DNA of 60,816 nucleotides, the filler included, from Hausera hauseri (taxonomy: Eukaryota): NCBI GenBank assembly GCA_046269625.1. It is 12 parts of 12 records of this genome, joined end to end, with 100 filler letters (N's around TTAATTAATTAA, not from the genome) between each part and the next. Parts side by side here need not be neighbours in the genome. Positions count along the whole stretch, not along the records: positions 12,181 to 18,269 come from JBJURY010142315.1; positions 18,370 to 23,854 come from JBJURY010244849.1; positions 23,955 to 28,274 come from JBJURY010636775.1; 9 more parts are not named here. One strand, 5' to 3'. Numbering within the stretch: the stretch's first letter is position 1; each line of letters starts with the position of its first letter. Made by a program: the position numbers and the translations under genes. This document shows, piece after piece, positions 13,440 through 23,989 of this stretch. The notes below the pieces were generated by a model. That model made no database searches. It saw nothing but the letters and a program-made list of their open reading frames with translations, and was not told the origin of the DNA.

Positions 13440-16400
13440 GATAGGCACTACAATACCCTCCGTGGCTGACTTGAAAACTGTAATGATAAAATTGAAAGAA
13501 AATCCCGAGAACAAGCAGTCTAATTTGTCTAAGTTTTTATGCGTACAAGACGTTGTAATCCTTCGTTATTTAGCTGTCTACTATAGGTACTGAATGTAAC
13601 TGATTTGCAATGTATTTACCATTGTGTCTGACTGTTGGTGGGGTTTGGAAAAAGAAACATCAGATTTAGCATGATTGGGTGTTGTGTCTGTAGGAGGTAA
13701 GAGAGAAGAAAGAAGGGAGTGACTGTAGGTGAATTATTTTAGTTGTCTGTCATAGATTTTGAAGGTGATAAGTTGAGGGGAAGTAGAAATAGGTGAAGGT
13801 ATAGGAATAGGATGCGGTGTAGAAGTAGGGATAAAAATAGAAGAAGAGGAAAATGCAGAAACAGGGACAGTGATGGGATTAGGAGGTTAAGATATAGGCA
13901 CAGAAACGGGAGTGGGGGTATGGGATGAGGTAGACGGGGAAATTGAAGTCGGGGTAGAGGTGGATACAGGGATGAGAAATGAGGTTGGTTTCAATTAGAA
14001 AAGTATCGTCGACATAAAAAGCGGGTTTTAAGTTAGTAATGTGCACTACAAATTCTTTTCCGTCTTTGAGGATAATATTGTTGTGCGAATGCAGCTGTAC
14101 TAATTTATAGGGTCCTAAATGCTGTGGCTGAAAACCGTATGGAATTTGATTTTTTAACCATACGAACTTTTCCGAGTATAAGTCTTCGGGTATGTAAGTT
14201 TTGTCGTTGTGTAATAGCCTACAGAACGAATCCTTGCTGATTGTAACGAAGTGATCCTGTGTTGCTCGTATCCTGTCATCTGCAGGAGTCTTTTCTATGA
14301 CGGTTAGTTCAAACAAAGAAGTGGACGGGGTGTTCCGTCAGCCAAGCAGAACGAACGGAAGAAGGATACTCCAATTAGTGTTGGATTGTTCAAGGATTCT
14401 AAGTGATGTTTTCAGGGTTCGGTGGAAACGTTCGAGAAGGCCATTCGATTGGGGGTGATAAGGTGTTGTATGAATGTGACTTATCTCCAATCGGGTGACC
14501 AGGGATTTAAACAGGTTTGATTCAAATTGGGGGCCTTGATCTGAGATAATGTTATGAAAAGACTCGAACCTACTAATCCACGTACGAATCAAAGTATCGG
14601 CTATTGTGTCGGCCATCGCGAGGAACGGTCCATTATGGTCAGAATAAATTGGTGGCCGTTTTCTATTGGAAGAGGACCGATGATATCAATATGTACTGTT
14701 TTAAAACGTGATGTGCAGGGGAAGTGGTATAATGGTGGTTTTAAATGTTTTATGGTTTTAAATTTCTGAGAAGCCACGCACTCCTTAACCCATGCATGCA
14801 CGTCGTAGCGCATTGACGGCCAAACTATCTGACGCTGATTTAAGCAAAAAGCTGTCTTGGCACCAGGGTGATGTAATGAATGTACACTATCAAATGCTTG
14901 TTTGTGTCAAGATGGGAAAAGAATTATTTTGGATTGGCCTAATTTGGAAATATCTAAAACCACGCCGTCAACAATGTGGTGAGACTTGAACGACTTGAGA
15001 ATATCTTGAGATGGCTGATTTTCCTAAAGTTTTGTCTGAGTAAAATTGGTGAAAAATTGATTGAACTGACTGATCTAGATAAAAAATCGGCAACTAGGTT
15101 GTAAACACGTTAATGTGTTTAATGTCGAAATTAAATGTGGACAAATATGAAATTTGTCTTTCTTGTCGATTTGAAGGGTGTTTCATTGCCATTATATTAA
15201 TCAACGGTTTGTGATCAATCTGTATAACAAAATGACGGGCTGTAAGTAAGTGGGAAAAATGTCTTAAGTCAAGAACTATTGCCAGCCGTTCCCGATCGAA
15301 AGTTGAATATCTGGTTTCGGGCGGTGTTAATCTTCGGGAAAAGAATTCTAGGGGCTGATTTTCGCCTTTATACAACTGGTGTAGTACGGCGCCTACTGCG
15401 ATGTTTGATGCATCTGTGGTCAAAATTAGCTCAGCGTCAGGCTTGGGAAATGCTAGTATTTCAACAGTCTTTAGTCCTTCGCGTAGCCTATCAAACTTGT
15501 CAACCAGTTGTGGTGTCCACTGGATTTTCTCGTGTTTTTTCCTCCGCTTAAGTGGGTAAAATGTGCCGTGAGTTCCAAACAATATGGAATATATTTGTGG
15601 ACGAAATGTAAGGTACCAAGAAAACTGCACATTTCTGTGGTTGTCCTAGGTAGTTGGACGTTTTTAAGAATCTCAATTCGATCAGGCTGAGGTGAATGGC
15701 CGTTTAATGAAATAATATGTCCAAGAAAATTGACGCGTTTTTGGAAGAAATTACATTTTGCAAAATTGACCTGTAGATTGAACTGATTAAGTCGTTTGAA
15801 GATAGAGCGTAGGTGTTCCTCGTGTTGTTTAATAGAAGAAGAAGCAACCAAGATATCGTCAGCATATGGATGCGCAAAAGGAAAGTCCGAAAGGATTGAA
15901 TCGACGTGTCGCTGAAAAGTCTGTGCAGCATTTTGTAGACTGAAAGGCATGCACAAGTACTCATAAAAGTCGAAAGGTGTGGTAACTGGAGTTTTCTCAA
16001 TGTCTTGCTGTGCGACAGGAATTTGATGATATGCTTTTGCTAAATCGATTGTTGAATAAACTGTAGTAGAATTAAGTCGATGTAATGTCTTTGATCAATG
16101 GTAGTGGATATGCATCCATTATGGCTAAAATATTAAGCTGGCGGAAATCACCGCATGGTCGGAAGGATCCATCTTTTTTTGGACAACGTGGAAAGACGAA
16201 GACCATGGGGATTTAGATCTACGAATAGTACCTAATTGTTCGAGTTCAAAAAATTCCGCCTCTACTGCCTGCCAGCGACGAGGTGACAATGGACGAACCT
16301 TTTGACGAATTGGTCTTTGGTGTCGTGTAATTTTATGGTGGTAAATGCCGTTTATAGGAATGAAATTCCAATCTTTCTGAAGTATACGATGACAATAAAT

Positions 16401-17970
16401 ATTGATGAATTGTTGCAAACTTACGGGTAGTTGCGGAATATTGGAAGTGGCAATAAACCGATGTTCGTAGCAGTACTTGGTGAATGTTGGTTAATTGTTG
16501 GTGAAGAATCTAGTGAAATCTGATGTAAAACGGTCGTGTCAAAGACGTTATTTGAGGAAGTGGTGTTATTTAGTGATTTTATTGAAGATACAAGATCGTG
16601 AATGTCGACATTAAGCTGCGACTGACTATCAACATTATCCTTTGAAAGCTTACGAGGTAAAACGTGATAGTTAAGAGAATTAGGATGAGGTATTGACTGT
16701 TTCGAGATTGGTTGCCTACTTATTGCTAGCTGTGCTGTCGTCGGGGTGCTGCCTTCAGTTGTATCTGATTTCAGGCATTGTCGGTTACAATCGACTCGCA
16801 AGTTATAGTGCGACAAGTAAAAGGAGCCAAGTATTTCCGTCTAGATGTTAGCGACTGTAAACGTCCAGTAAAATGATGAGAGAAAATTTGGGAGAGTGAA
16901 AGATATTTTTTAAGTTACGAAAATATAGAGGGGTTGATCGGAGGCGGTGTATAACGGTTTTATTTTAAGTGAAGAATGCTGAACCGGAAAAGAAAGTGGT
17001 AGTAATAAGATCGCTGCACCGGTATCGATGAGAAAGTCTATGGATTGAATGTTAGAAGTAGAGATAGCAGGTTTTAATGTGAAGACTCCAAAAGAAGTGT
17101 GTCGGCAAGAAAAATTAAATAAGTTGCCTTTTACGGACTCTGCAGTAAATACTGGCGGCGAAATCAGTTTTTTTTGAATTGGTGAGTTAGGACGGTTATT
17201 GTTAGAGAGACTGGAAAGTCTATCAGTGATGTAGTTATTGTTAGTTTTATAGTTACAGCCTGAAATACAGATCCGAGCATTAGATCCAAATTTTGCATGA
17301 TAGATGCAAACAATGTTATTTGAATGTAGACTCGAAGAATAGTATCTACACCCTAAACAGCATTTATTAGCTTTGTTATCAAATTTGTTGTGATAATAAC
17401 ATATAAACGACCTTGCTGAAAACGGTGTTTGTTTTCTTGAGATAGAACGCGTGCGACGAAGAGCGGGAGCATTCCATCGCTGTGAGGAAAGGTCATTCAG
17501 CTTATCATTGATATTATGGATTGTATGTTGTAGTGCTGCATTTTCGGTGCGTAATTGGTTCAGTTCGTATTTTATAGTTAAATGTCGTTGATTGTCGTCG
17601 GTTGTGATTGCGACTGATATGATTGGATGTGATTGTATTTGTAAAACTTCATGTGCTTTATCGGCTTATTCGGCTAGTTTATCTAAAGCTGTCGAATCTT
17701 CAACGACAGTAAGTAAAGCCTTAATTTGAATGGGTAAAGCATTAAAAATAATGGCGAAGTAGATACGGATTGTGTTTCTTGGTGACCCCAAGGGTACATA
17801 AGTGGGCCAAAGAGGTGCATAAGAAATCACTAGGTTTTTGTATCCCCATCGCGTTTTCATTAAAGAATCTTTGTATTATCGAGTCAATTGGTGGTTCTGT
17901 TAGTTTTAATAAATCATTGAACAATTGCATATAAGGGTTAGAGTGTTGAAAGATGTCCAGTAAGTTATGG
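13440..17970 (-). mobile_element. Ty3/Gypsy family A, near-complete degenerate gag-pol with PPT and 3' LTR start; copy A2
   Basis: gag (LKLTEPPIDSIIQRF...KPSDFL, two C-x2-H-x8-C-x3-C knuckles), protease FLIDTGA, RT HPYADDIL, RNaseH TTDASNIAVG, integrase HIDIIGPLP/SDQGPQFES. PPT CCACGGAGGGTAT then TGTAGTGCC at 13452. Confidence 0.95.
17164..17175 (-). promoter_or_regulatory. Putative -1 ribosomal frameshift slippery site at the gag/pol junction
   Basis: Minus strand A-AAA-AAC directly before the gag TGA (…SKKN*), with the protease just downstream. This is a classic slippery heptamer. Confidence 0.6.
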
Positions 17971-18679
17971 ATAAATAAAATAAATAACACAAAATAAAAA
18001 TATGATAAATATCGAAATAAAATTGTGACATGAAACAGCTGTGGGGGGTTCATGGACTAAAGCAGGATTCAATATCTTGTGATGTGATATTAACAAATAT
18101 TGTTTTAAAGACAAGATAACTCAGAACAAAATTTTAAAGTTGAATTGAATTTCCTGAATAAATATTTATTCGTTTAAATCAACTTTTATTTTTGAAATTT
18201 AATGGGAACAAAAAAAGAAAACACATCATTATTTTCAAAGTGTTTCAAATGTTTGGGATTATCAAAATANNNNNNNNNNNNNNNNNNNNNNNNNNNNNNN
18301 NNNNNNNNNNNNNTTAATTAATTAANNNNNNNNNNNNNNNNNNNNNNNNNNNNNNNNNNNNNNNNNNNNATGATCAGTATCCCTCGATCATCGAATAGAT
18401 TGAGCAACGTCGGCAGGTCGACCATTCAATTTGTTATCGGTAATGATGACGATGTTGCAATGGCGTTTACAGCTGACGGCGACGATGTCTCCGATGCTGA
18501 TTTGGTGAAGTTGTGGATTTCCCCTTTTTGAAATGTTCCACCCTTCTGCTAATCGGTGGATTTAAACAAACGGGTTTAAATCCACAGGTTTTTGTGAATG
18601 ATTATACATATCGGCGATTTCGTGATTTTTTAGTATTTGAATGTTTTTGATCTTTGACTTTGTAAAGCATGCTTTACAC

Positions 18680-21600
18680 CTGTATTGAACCCGGCCTTCA
18701 CTTTCGTTTTTGAAGCAGCCGATTTTGTTTGTTATCGCTCTGCTGTACAGAGGATGGTTCTGCGGGTAGTTGAACGTGTCCAGTAGTCCATCTGACATCA
18801 TTTGTTGGAGCAGTTGATCTTTATTGAGGTTTTTCAGCTCAAAGAAAAATCTGTCTGTGTCACCAGCAACGATAATGATCTCACAGCCACCGCCGCCGCC
18901 GCCGCCGCCAAACATTTGCCGGCAACCTGCCAAATCGCGATACTGCAGCTCGTACATTCATATCTTGCTCAGGTCCAATACCACTTGTCCCATATAGCTT
19001 TGTCGGTCCAGTAAGACTTATTCTCTGTTTAACAGCACCGCAATCAATCCATAGGCAATGTGCATTGCCGCCTGAACTGAGTCTTCCCGGTGTTCTTAAC
19101 CAGTCGTTTTTCGTTGTTGCAAAGGTGCACATTGAGCCGCTTCTTCAGATTCTACACTGTACAAGTTGCGGCTCGTTTTTCTGGATTTCCATCAATGTAC
19201 GCCTTGAATATCGGCGCTTGATCGAAGGAGATTGCACGATGCAGCTGTGTGACGCGTACACCCAGCTTCATGTAAAACTGCAGTAGACGCCAATAAATCA
19301 CGTAATTCGACTTTGGTTTATGCGTCATGAGTAGTATCTTTAGCTTTGAGCCGGGCGGATATTGGCTGATTGGTGCCACGGGAAATTCGTCCACAGCGTC
19401 ATGCAGCTCATCTGGCACCAAAAGATCGACTTCCATTACGTAGCCGACTGAGCTACTTTCTGTCGTGTTTCCTGCTGGCAGACTGTCCAGCAATGTATCC
19501 AGTTCTTGTCTGTCCATTATCCATTCAAGTGAACCGTACGGAAAGGGTTGCGAAAGCACCCAGCCGTACAGGTTATTAATATCAATGTAAAACATTGACG
19601 TTGTGTCATCTTCATCACTGGTTACGTGATGCTTGTTAACAAATGTCATGCTGTTAAGAATATCAACACCAAATAGTCGGTACATTTCCGGGTCTTGCAA
19701 CAGCTCAATTTCCCTGACCAGCGACATTAGTGCCGATGCCCAACTCATTCCCGGTATGGAGTAAAAGTTTAGTGGCTCCAGCCTATCTTCCGCCAACGCC
19801 TTAGCACGAAATGTCTGAAACACATAGGCTAACATGTACACGTCCAGTTTCAGGTACTGAAGCATGTACTCCAAAATGTTTCTGCAGTCGAGCGCTGTCC
19901 ACGTTTCCTGTGCTCTGTTGTACTCGTCCTCTGTGATCTGTTGTCTGAAGCCGCTCATACGACACAGCAAAGTCATATGGGAATATGCCTTTGCTGGGTG
20001 AAATATGCGCAAGGAACTGTGTCAGCGTTATCGGTCCATCCGGCAAGGCACTTACGAGCTTTCCTAAAGATTCATTGAGGAACTTCAGTGAGTGAAGAAA
20101 CCGTACCTGGAACCGGTTTATGCGTGCCGATAGGGACAGGAACTTTTCCATCGTTGTTGGAATTATGAATAGTTCCCAGTGCGGAAATCCGTTTATGGCC
20201 CATTTCAGAATATGTTGACAGTCATAACCTCGAAAGTTATGAAATATCACCGATAGGAATGGCCGAACACGCCTTGGCAAATTGCATACATTACAGGCTG
20301 ATCCCAGGAATCGTCCGGTAAAGTGGTCGTAATCAGGTACGAGCCATTCCTGTACATTGAACGGCAATATTTTGTGGCACAGGAAATATTCGTCAGTGGC
20401 AGCAAAAAGCAGCGATTCATATTCATCTGCCCAGACCAATGGCTTTGAACTGTTATTCCGATACCACGGAGTGATTTCCGTTTCCTGTATTGTCTCCAAC
20501 TGATGCAGGAAATCGCGAACATAGTTCCATCCATGGAAAACGTAGTATTGTGGCTGTCCATCAGCTTTAATTGGCACAACCAGCATAACGACAGAGATTG
20601 GGACATGCTTTTGGTCGTAGATGTTGTGCCGTAGTAAAATTGCCTCGATATGGGCATATACCACATATGCCGGACTGTCGGTTTTTGACCAGTAACTGAA
20701 TCTCAGTTCCTTTTTGACTGGCATGACATACATTGTTGTTCCTGTTGCATTTTTCCTGCGCAGCGCCACATGCTTTTCCCATGTCACTTCTGACCTAAAG
20801 CCATGTAGACATATGGGACATCATTAGCAGCGTATGCGTTTTTGGACAAACTGATCATGGTCCATGTTTAGTAGTCTATCCAAATTTGTTACTACCACAT
20901 AATAAAAATTTTCTGCATTCTTCAACAGCAAAAAATTTACTGGGCGTCCATTTGGAATCCAACTGCGGTAGATTTTCTACATGGGAATTTTTGTATATTT
21001 CTTCATCTGTCGGTATCTCTATGATTGTGTTGTACAGGAATACGTTTATTGTCAATGTTGGATTGCGTCATTCAAATGTCTGGATGGTTTTGAGTTTCAT
21101 CGGCATCCAGCTTTCGTCGTAGACCAATTCGGAGAAATAATTACTGTACTGCTTTTGATAAGTTGCACTATGTCTGGACATATTTGATCATATTTTAATA
21201 CGACTAGAATACTGTAAAGAAAACAGTATTCATTGTTTGTTTTTTGCACATTCACTACCGCCAGAGACTGCTTCAAGGCTGCAGGTGTCCGTATGAATGA
21301 CCGTCCGGACAGGTATATCATGTCACTTGAATTTTTTATAATAAAGCCGAGAGTGAAAATCTTTAGAATTCGCCAGCCGCTGCCTATTCCGTATAATTGG
21401 CGATTTTCTCATGCAGCTTTTCGCCAATGTCCTCAGCGAAATCTTCGGTATATGGTACAGCTCGATGTGACAGGTACCATTGTTTCCTGTCACTTTGCAC
21501 GTTTTCTAATTCTGCAAGTGCATAATACTGCACTTTGAGGTGTTTAAATTTCCGCACTTCAACTTCCAGTCAATTTCGCACACTGGACAGGACATGTCTC

Positions 21601-22256
21601 AATTGCATTGTTGTTGTCGTTGCCGCTGACATGTCCACGTTCATGTCCACGTACAATCTGTTTAGATCGTACTTGACGGTAATGGGTGATTCCTGCTGTT
21701 GCTGTTACTGCTGCTTACTGCTGCTGCTTTGCGCGTATTCGTTAAGGCTTGTGAATGCTTAAGGTTTCCTACTGGTTGTTTTTGTTGTTGTTGAGGGGAT
21801 GCTTCTTTTTGTGGAGTCCATGACTAGTTGCTTTTTGGACCTCTTAAACTGGTTCAAGTGTTTCTTGTGCAAATTATAGAATTGTTAATAATTGATTTGA
21901 TCGTCAACTACAGAACATCCGAGACAAACATAGGCCCGTTTACCGTGCAGCGTTGTGACATAGTACTGCTCCATTGCAGTATGGCAACCATAAACGTTAT
22001 GCCCTCTACTACTACAGTAACGTGGGTATGTGGGGCAATGCGCAAGCAACTTCTTCTTGGACCGCGTAAACGGCCTGAAGTGAGGCTTGTGCATTTTGTA
22101 AAAGTCGGCGTACGGGCTCTGGGTTGTAGTATTGCATGTGGGACGTAGATATATGTCCGTCCCCACAGCGTAATACTTCGATATCTGCTGATGGCACTGT
22201 TCCTCGTCCACGCGTGTGCGTGATACTCAATACACGGTATAACAATTGAAATTCTG
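18680..22256 (-). pseudogene. Protein-primed PolB of a second, divergent Polinton/adintovirus family; copy 3
   Basis: FYIDINNLYGW, AGDTDR (degenerate motif C), DYDHFTGRFLGSACNVCNL, FHNFRGYD, SPSKGIFPYDF, AVVNVQKTNNEYCFLYSIL. Same N-terminal Cys/His repeats as copies 2 and 4; C-terminus truncated. Confidence 0.88.
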
Positions 22257-22360
22257 AATGAGAAACAAATTAAAGTAAGTCTAAAATGCTGTATATGTTA
22301 AATTATTTAAATTAAAATAAATCGCTACTTCTACGGCAGTGGTGGTTGTGGTCTAAGGGC

Positions 22361-22377
22361 GACTATAAATATTAGTC
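22361..22377. promoter_or_regulatory. Candidate bidirectional TATA element between divergent genes
   Basis: GACTA-TAAATAT-TAGTC inverted repeat, with TATAAA on + and TATTTATA on -. It lies between polB (-) and the + strand ORFs. Confidence 0.4.
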
Positions 22378-22404
22378 ACTCAATGCCACTACAAGTAAAA
22401 CACA

Positions 22405-22668
22405 TGGAATAGTACATAGAAAGTGAGATTCGGAGATTAACCAATAACATTTTGACCGGACGTGTTTGACGTACAGTACCTATGTGAGCCGTCGGAAACG
22501 ACACTAATGAGCAAACGAGAGTACATTAAATTAATAGTCCGGTCTCTTTTCGTGAAACGCATAGAAGATGAGGTGAACCAAAAGCAACGACGGATTAAAA
22601 TTTTCATGGGACTCGTATTTTCCGTTTCATTTTGTATTGCAATGAAAAAGTTGATTGAACGTACTTAA
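22405..22668 (+). pseudogene. Small element gene with a C-terminal hydrophobic segment, disrupted
   Basis: ATG after the TATA element, then a stop and frameshift into ...QRRIKIFMGLVFSVSFCIAMKK (possible transmembrane helix). No homology recognised. Confidence 0.35.
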
Positions 22669-22793
22669 CTGCATTTGTATTATAATGTATAATTTTCTAC
22701 GTATTTGTTTTTATGCATCCGTGTATTGTATTTTATGTTCTCGCTACATTGGAGTAGTATAAATGTTTATTGCGTTACCTGTAGGATTACAAA

Positions 22794-23303
22794 ATGTCCC
22801 ATTATACTCAACTCATTGCTCTGTATCACTCATTCGACGGTCTACGGAGTCACCTTTACAATCTCGATCGACCTTTGGATAATGACGCTTCGTATTCGTC
22901 GCCCGAAAAGATGGTCCTGCGTGCAGAGGAGAATTGGAAGACACGAAACCCCTATGTACGCCACATGAAACATATTGTTGGTGATATGAATGTGGTATTA
23001 GGTGTGCCTTTCCATACGCATAAGAAATTAGCGGATGATTATGCATTGTGCGATAATAAGTGTCAAATACGATTTCTGGATGGTTTTATAAAACGTGATG
23101 ATCCGGTTGAATTTGTTCTAACGTGGCAGTCAGAGAATGAGATTTGCTTGAGGCAACATTGCAATGTGATTACTTCAGATGGTCTTGATCACTATCCTAC
23201 CGAATTGGCTAATCCCCGTGGATTATATAATTCGAATAGATTTGAAAGTCTGGGTTGCAGAAGTAGTGATTCAATGTTAAAAGAAGATGACGAAGAAAAA
23301 TAA
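22794..23303 (+). CDS. Hypothetical 169-aa protein of the Polinton-like element
   Basis: Intact ORF with an ACAAAATG start context and an AATAAA overlapping the stop. It sits between polB and the protease. No family recognised. Confidence 0.6.
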   Translation: MSHYTQLIALYHSFDGLRSHLYNLDRPLDNDASYSSPEKMVLRAEENWKTRNPYVRHMKHIVGDMNVVLGVPFHTHKKLADDYALCDNKCQIRFLDGFIKRDDPVEFVLTWQSENEICLRQHCNVITSDGLDHYPTELANPRGLYNSNRFESLGCRSSDSMLKEDDEEK

Positions 23304-23360
23304 TAAATGTTTGTTGCAGACTTTGTTTTCACTACTCAACAAAATCGTTAAAGCGCGAAA

Positions 23361-23593
23361 GGTAGGGGAATTTAGGTGTCCGAAAACTGGGTCAAACAAA
23401 AATGTTCGTTACAGTCAGATAGGTGGATAAATGCGGTTGTCCGGAACTGGGTCACAGAAAAATTTTTCAAATGTTTTTTATAGTCAGACAGGTGGGGAAA
23501 TGTGGTTGTCCGTAACTAGGTCAGTCTAAAAATTTTTGAGACCCAACTCACCTCGCTGAGGCCAAATATGCAGGTGTCCGGAACAAGGTCAGT
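23361..23593 (+). repeat. Degenerate tandem repeat of about 60-80 bp, four cores
   Basis: Core GG(T)TGTCCG-[A/G/T]-AAC-W-RGGTCA near 23375, 23435, 23504 and 23573. The first three cores are followed by A/T tracts. Confidence 0.8.
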
Positions 23594-23599
23594 CCAACG

Positions 23600-23854
23600 A
23601 CAAACCGGCGGCTTTATTGTCAATACACACATTTCATCGTTGCTGGGCGAACATTGGATTGCTGTGTACGTCCACCCTCCGACCAACGTCGTCAGAGTAT
23701 TCGATCCGCTCGGATTTTACTATCCGCCATCATTAGTTTCTCAAATTGAATGGCAATCATCATATCGTGTTGAATATAATCGAGTTCATTATCAACATCC
23801 AATGACTATACTGTGTGGATATTACTGCTTATTGTGGCATATATACAATCACTT
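23600..23854 (+). CDS. Adenain-like (Polinton/adintovirus) cysteine protease, partial
   Basis: FIVNT...GEHWIAV (catalytic His), FDPLG (Asp), YQH...CGYYC (oxyanion Gln and catalytic Cys). The N-terminus is apparently lost and the ORF runs off the contig end. Confidence 0.85.
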
Positions 23855-23989
23855 NNNNNNNNNNNNNNNNNNNNNNNNNNNNNNNNNNNNNNNNNNNNTT
23901 AATTAATTAANNNNNNNNNNNNNNNNNNNNNNNNNNNNNNNNNNNNNNNNNNNNATGTGAATTTGGCAAATTGCTCGTCGGTTGATAAC

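Noticed and set aside
18890-18909. Poly-Gly insert near polymerase motif C; also the 18-bp duplication at 1251-1285
   Set aside because: These are simple slippage events in dead copies.
23361-23593. CRISPR array
   Set aside because: The repeats are degenerate, the spacers resemble each other, there are no cas genes, and the context is eukaryotic-viral.
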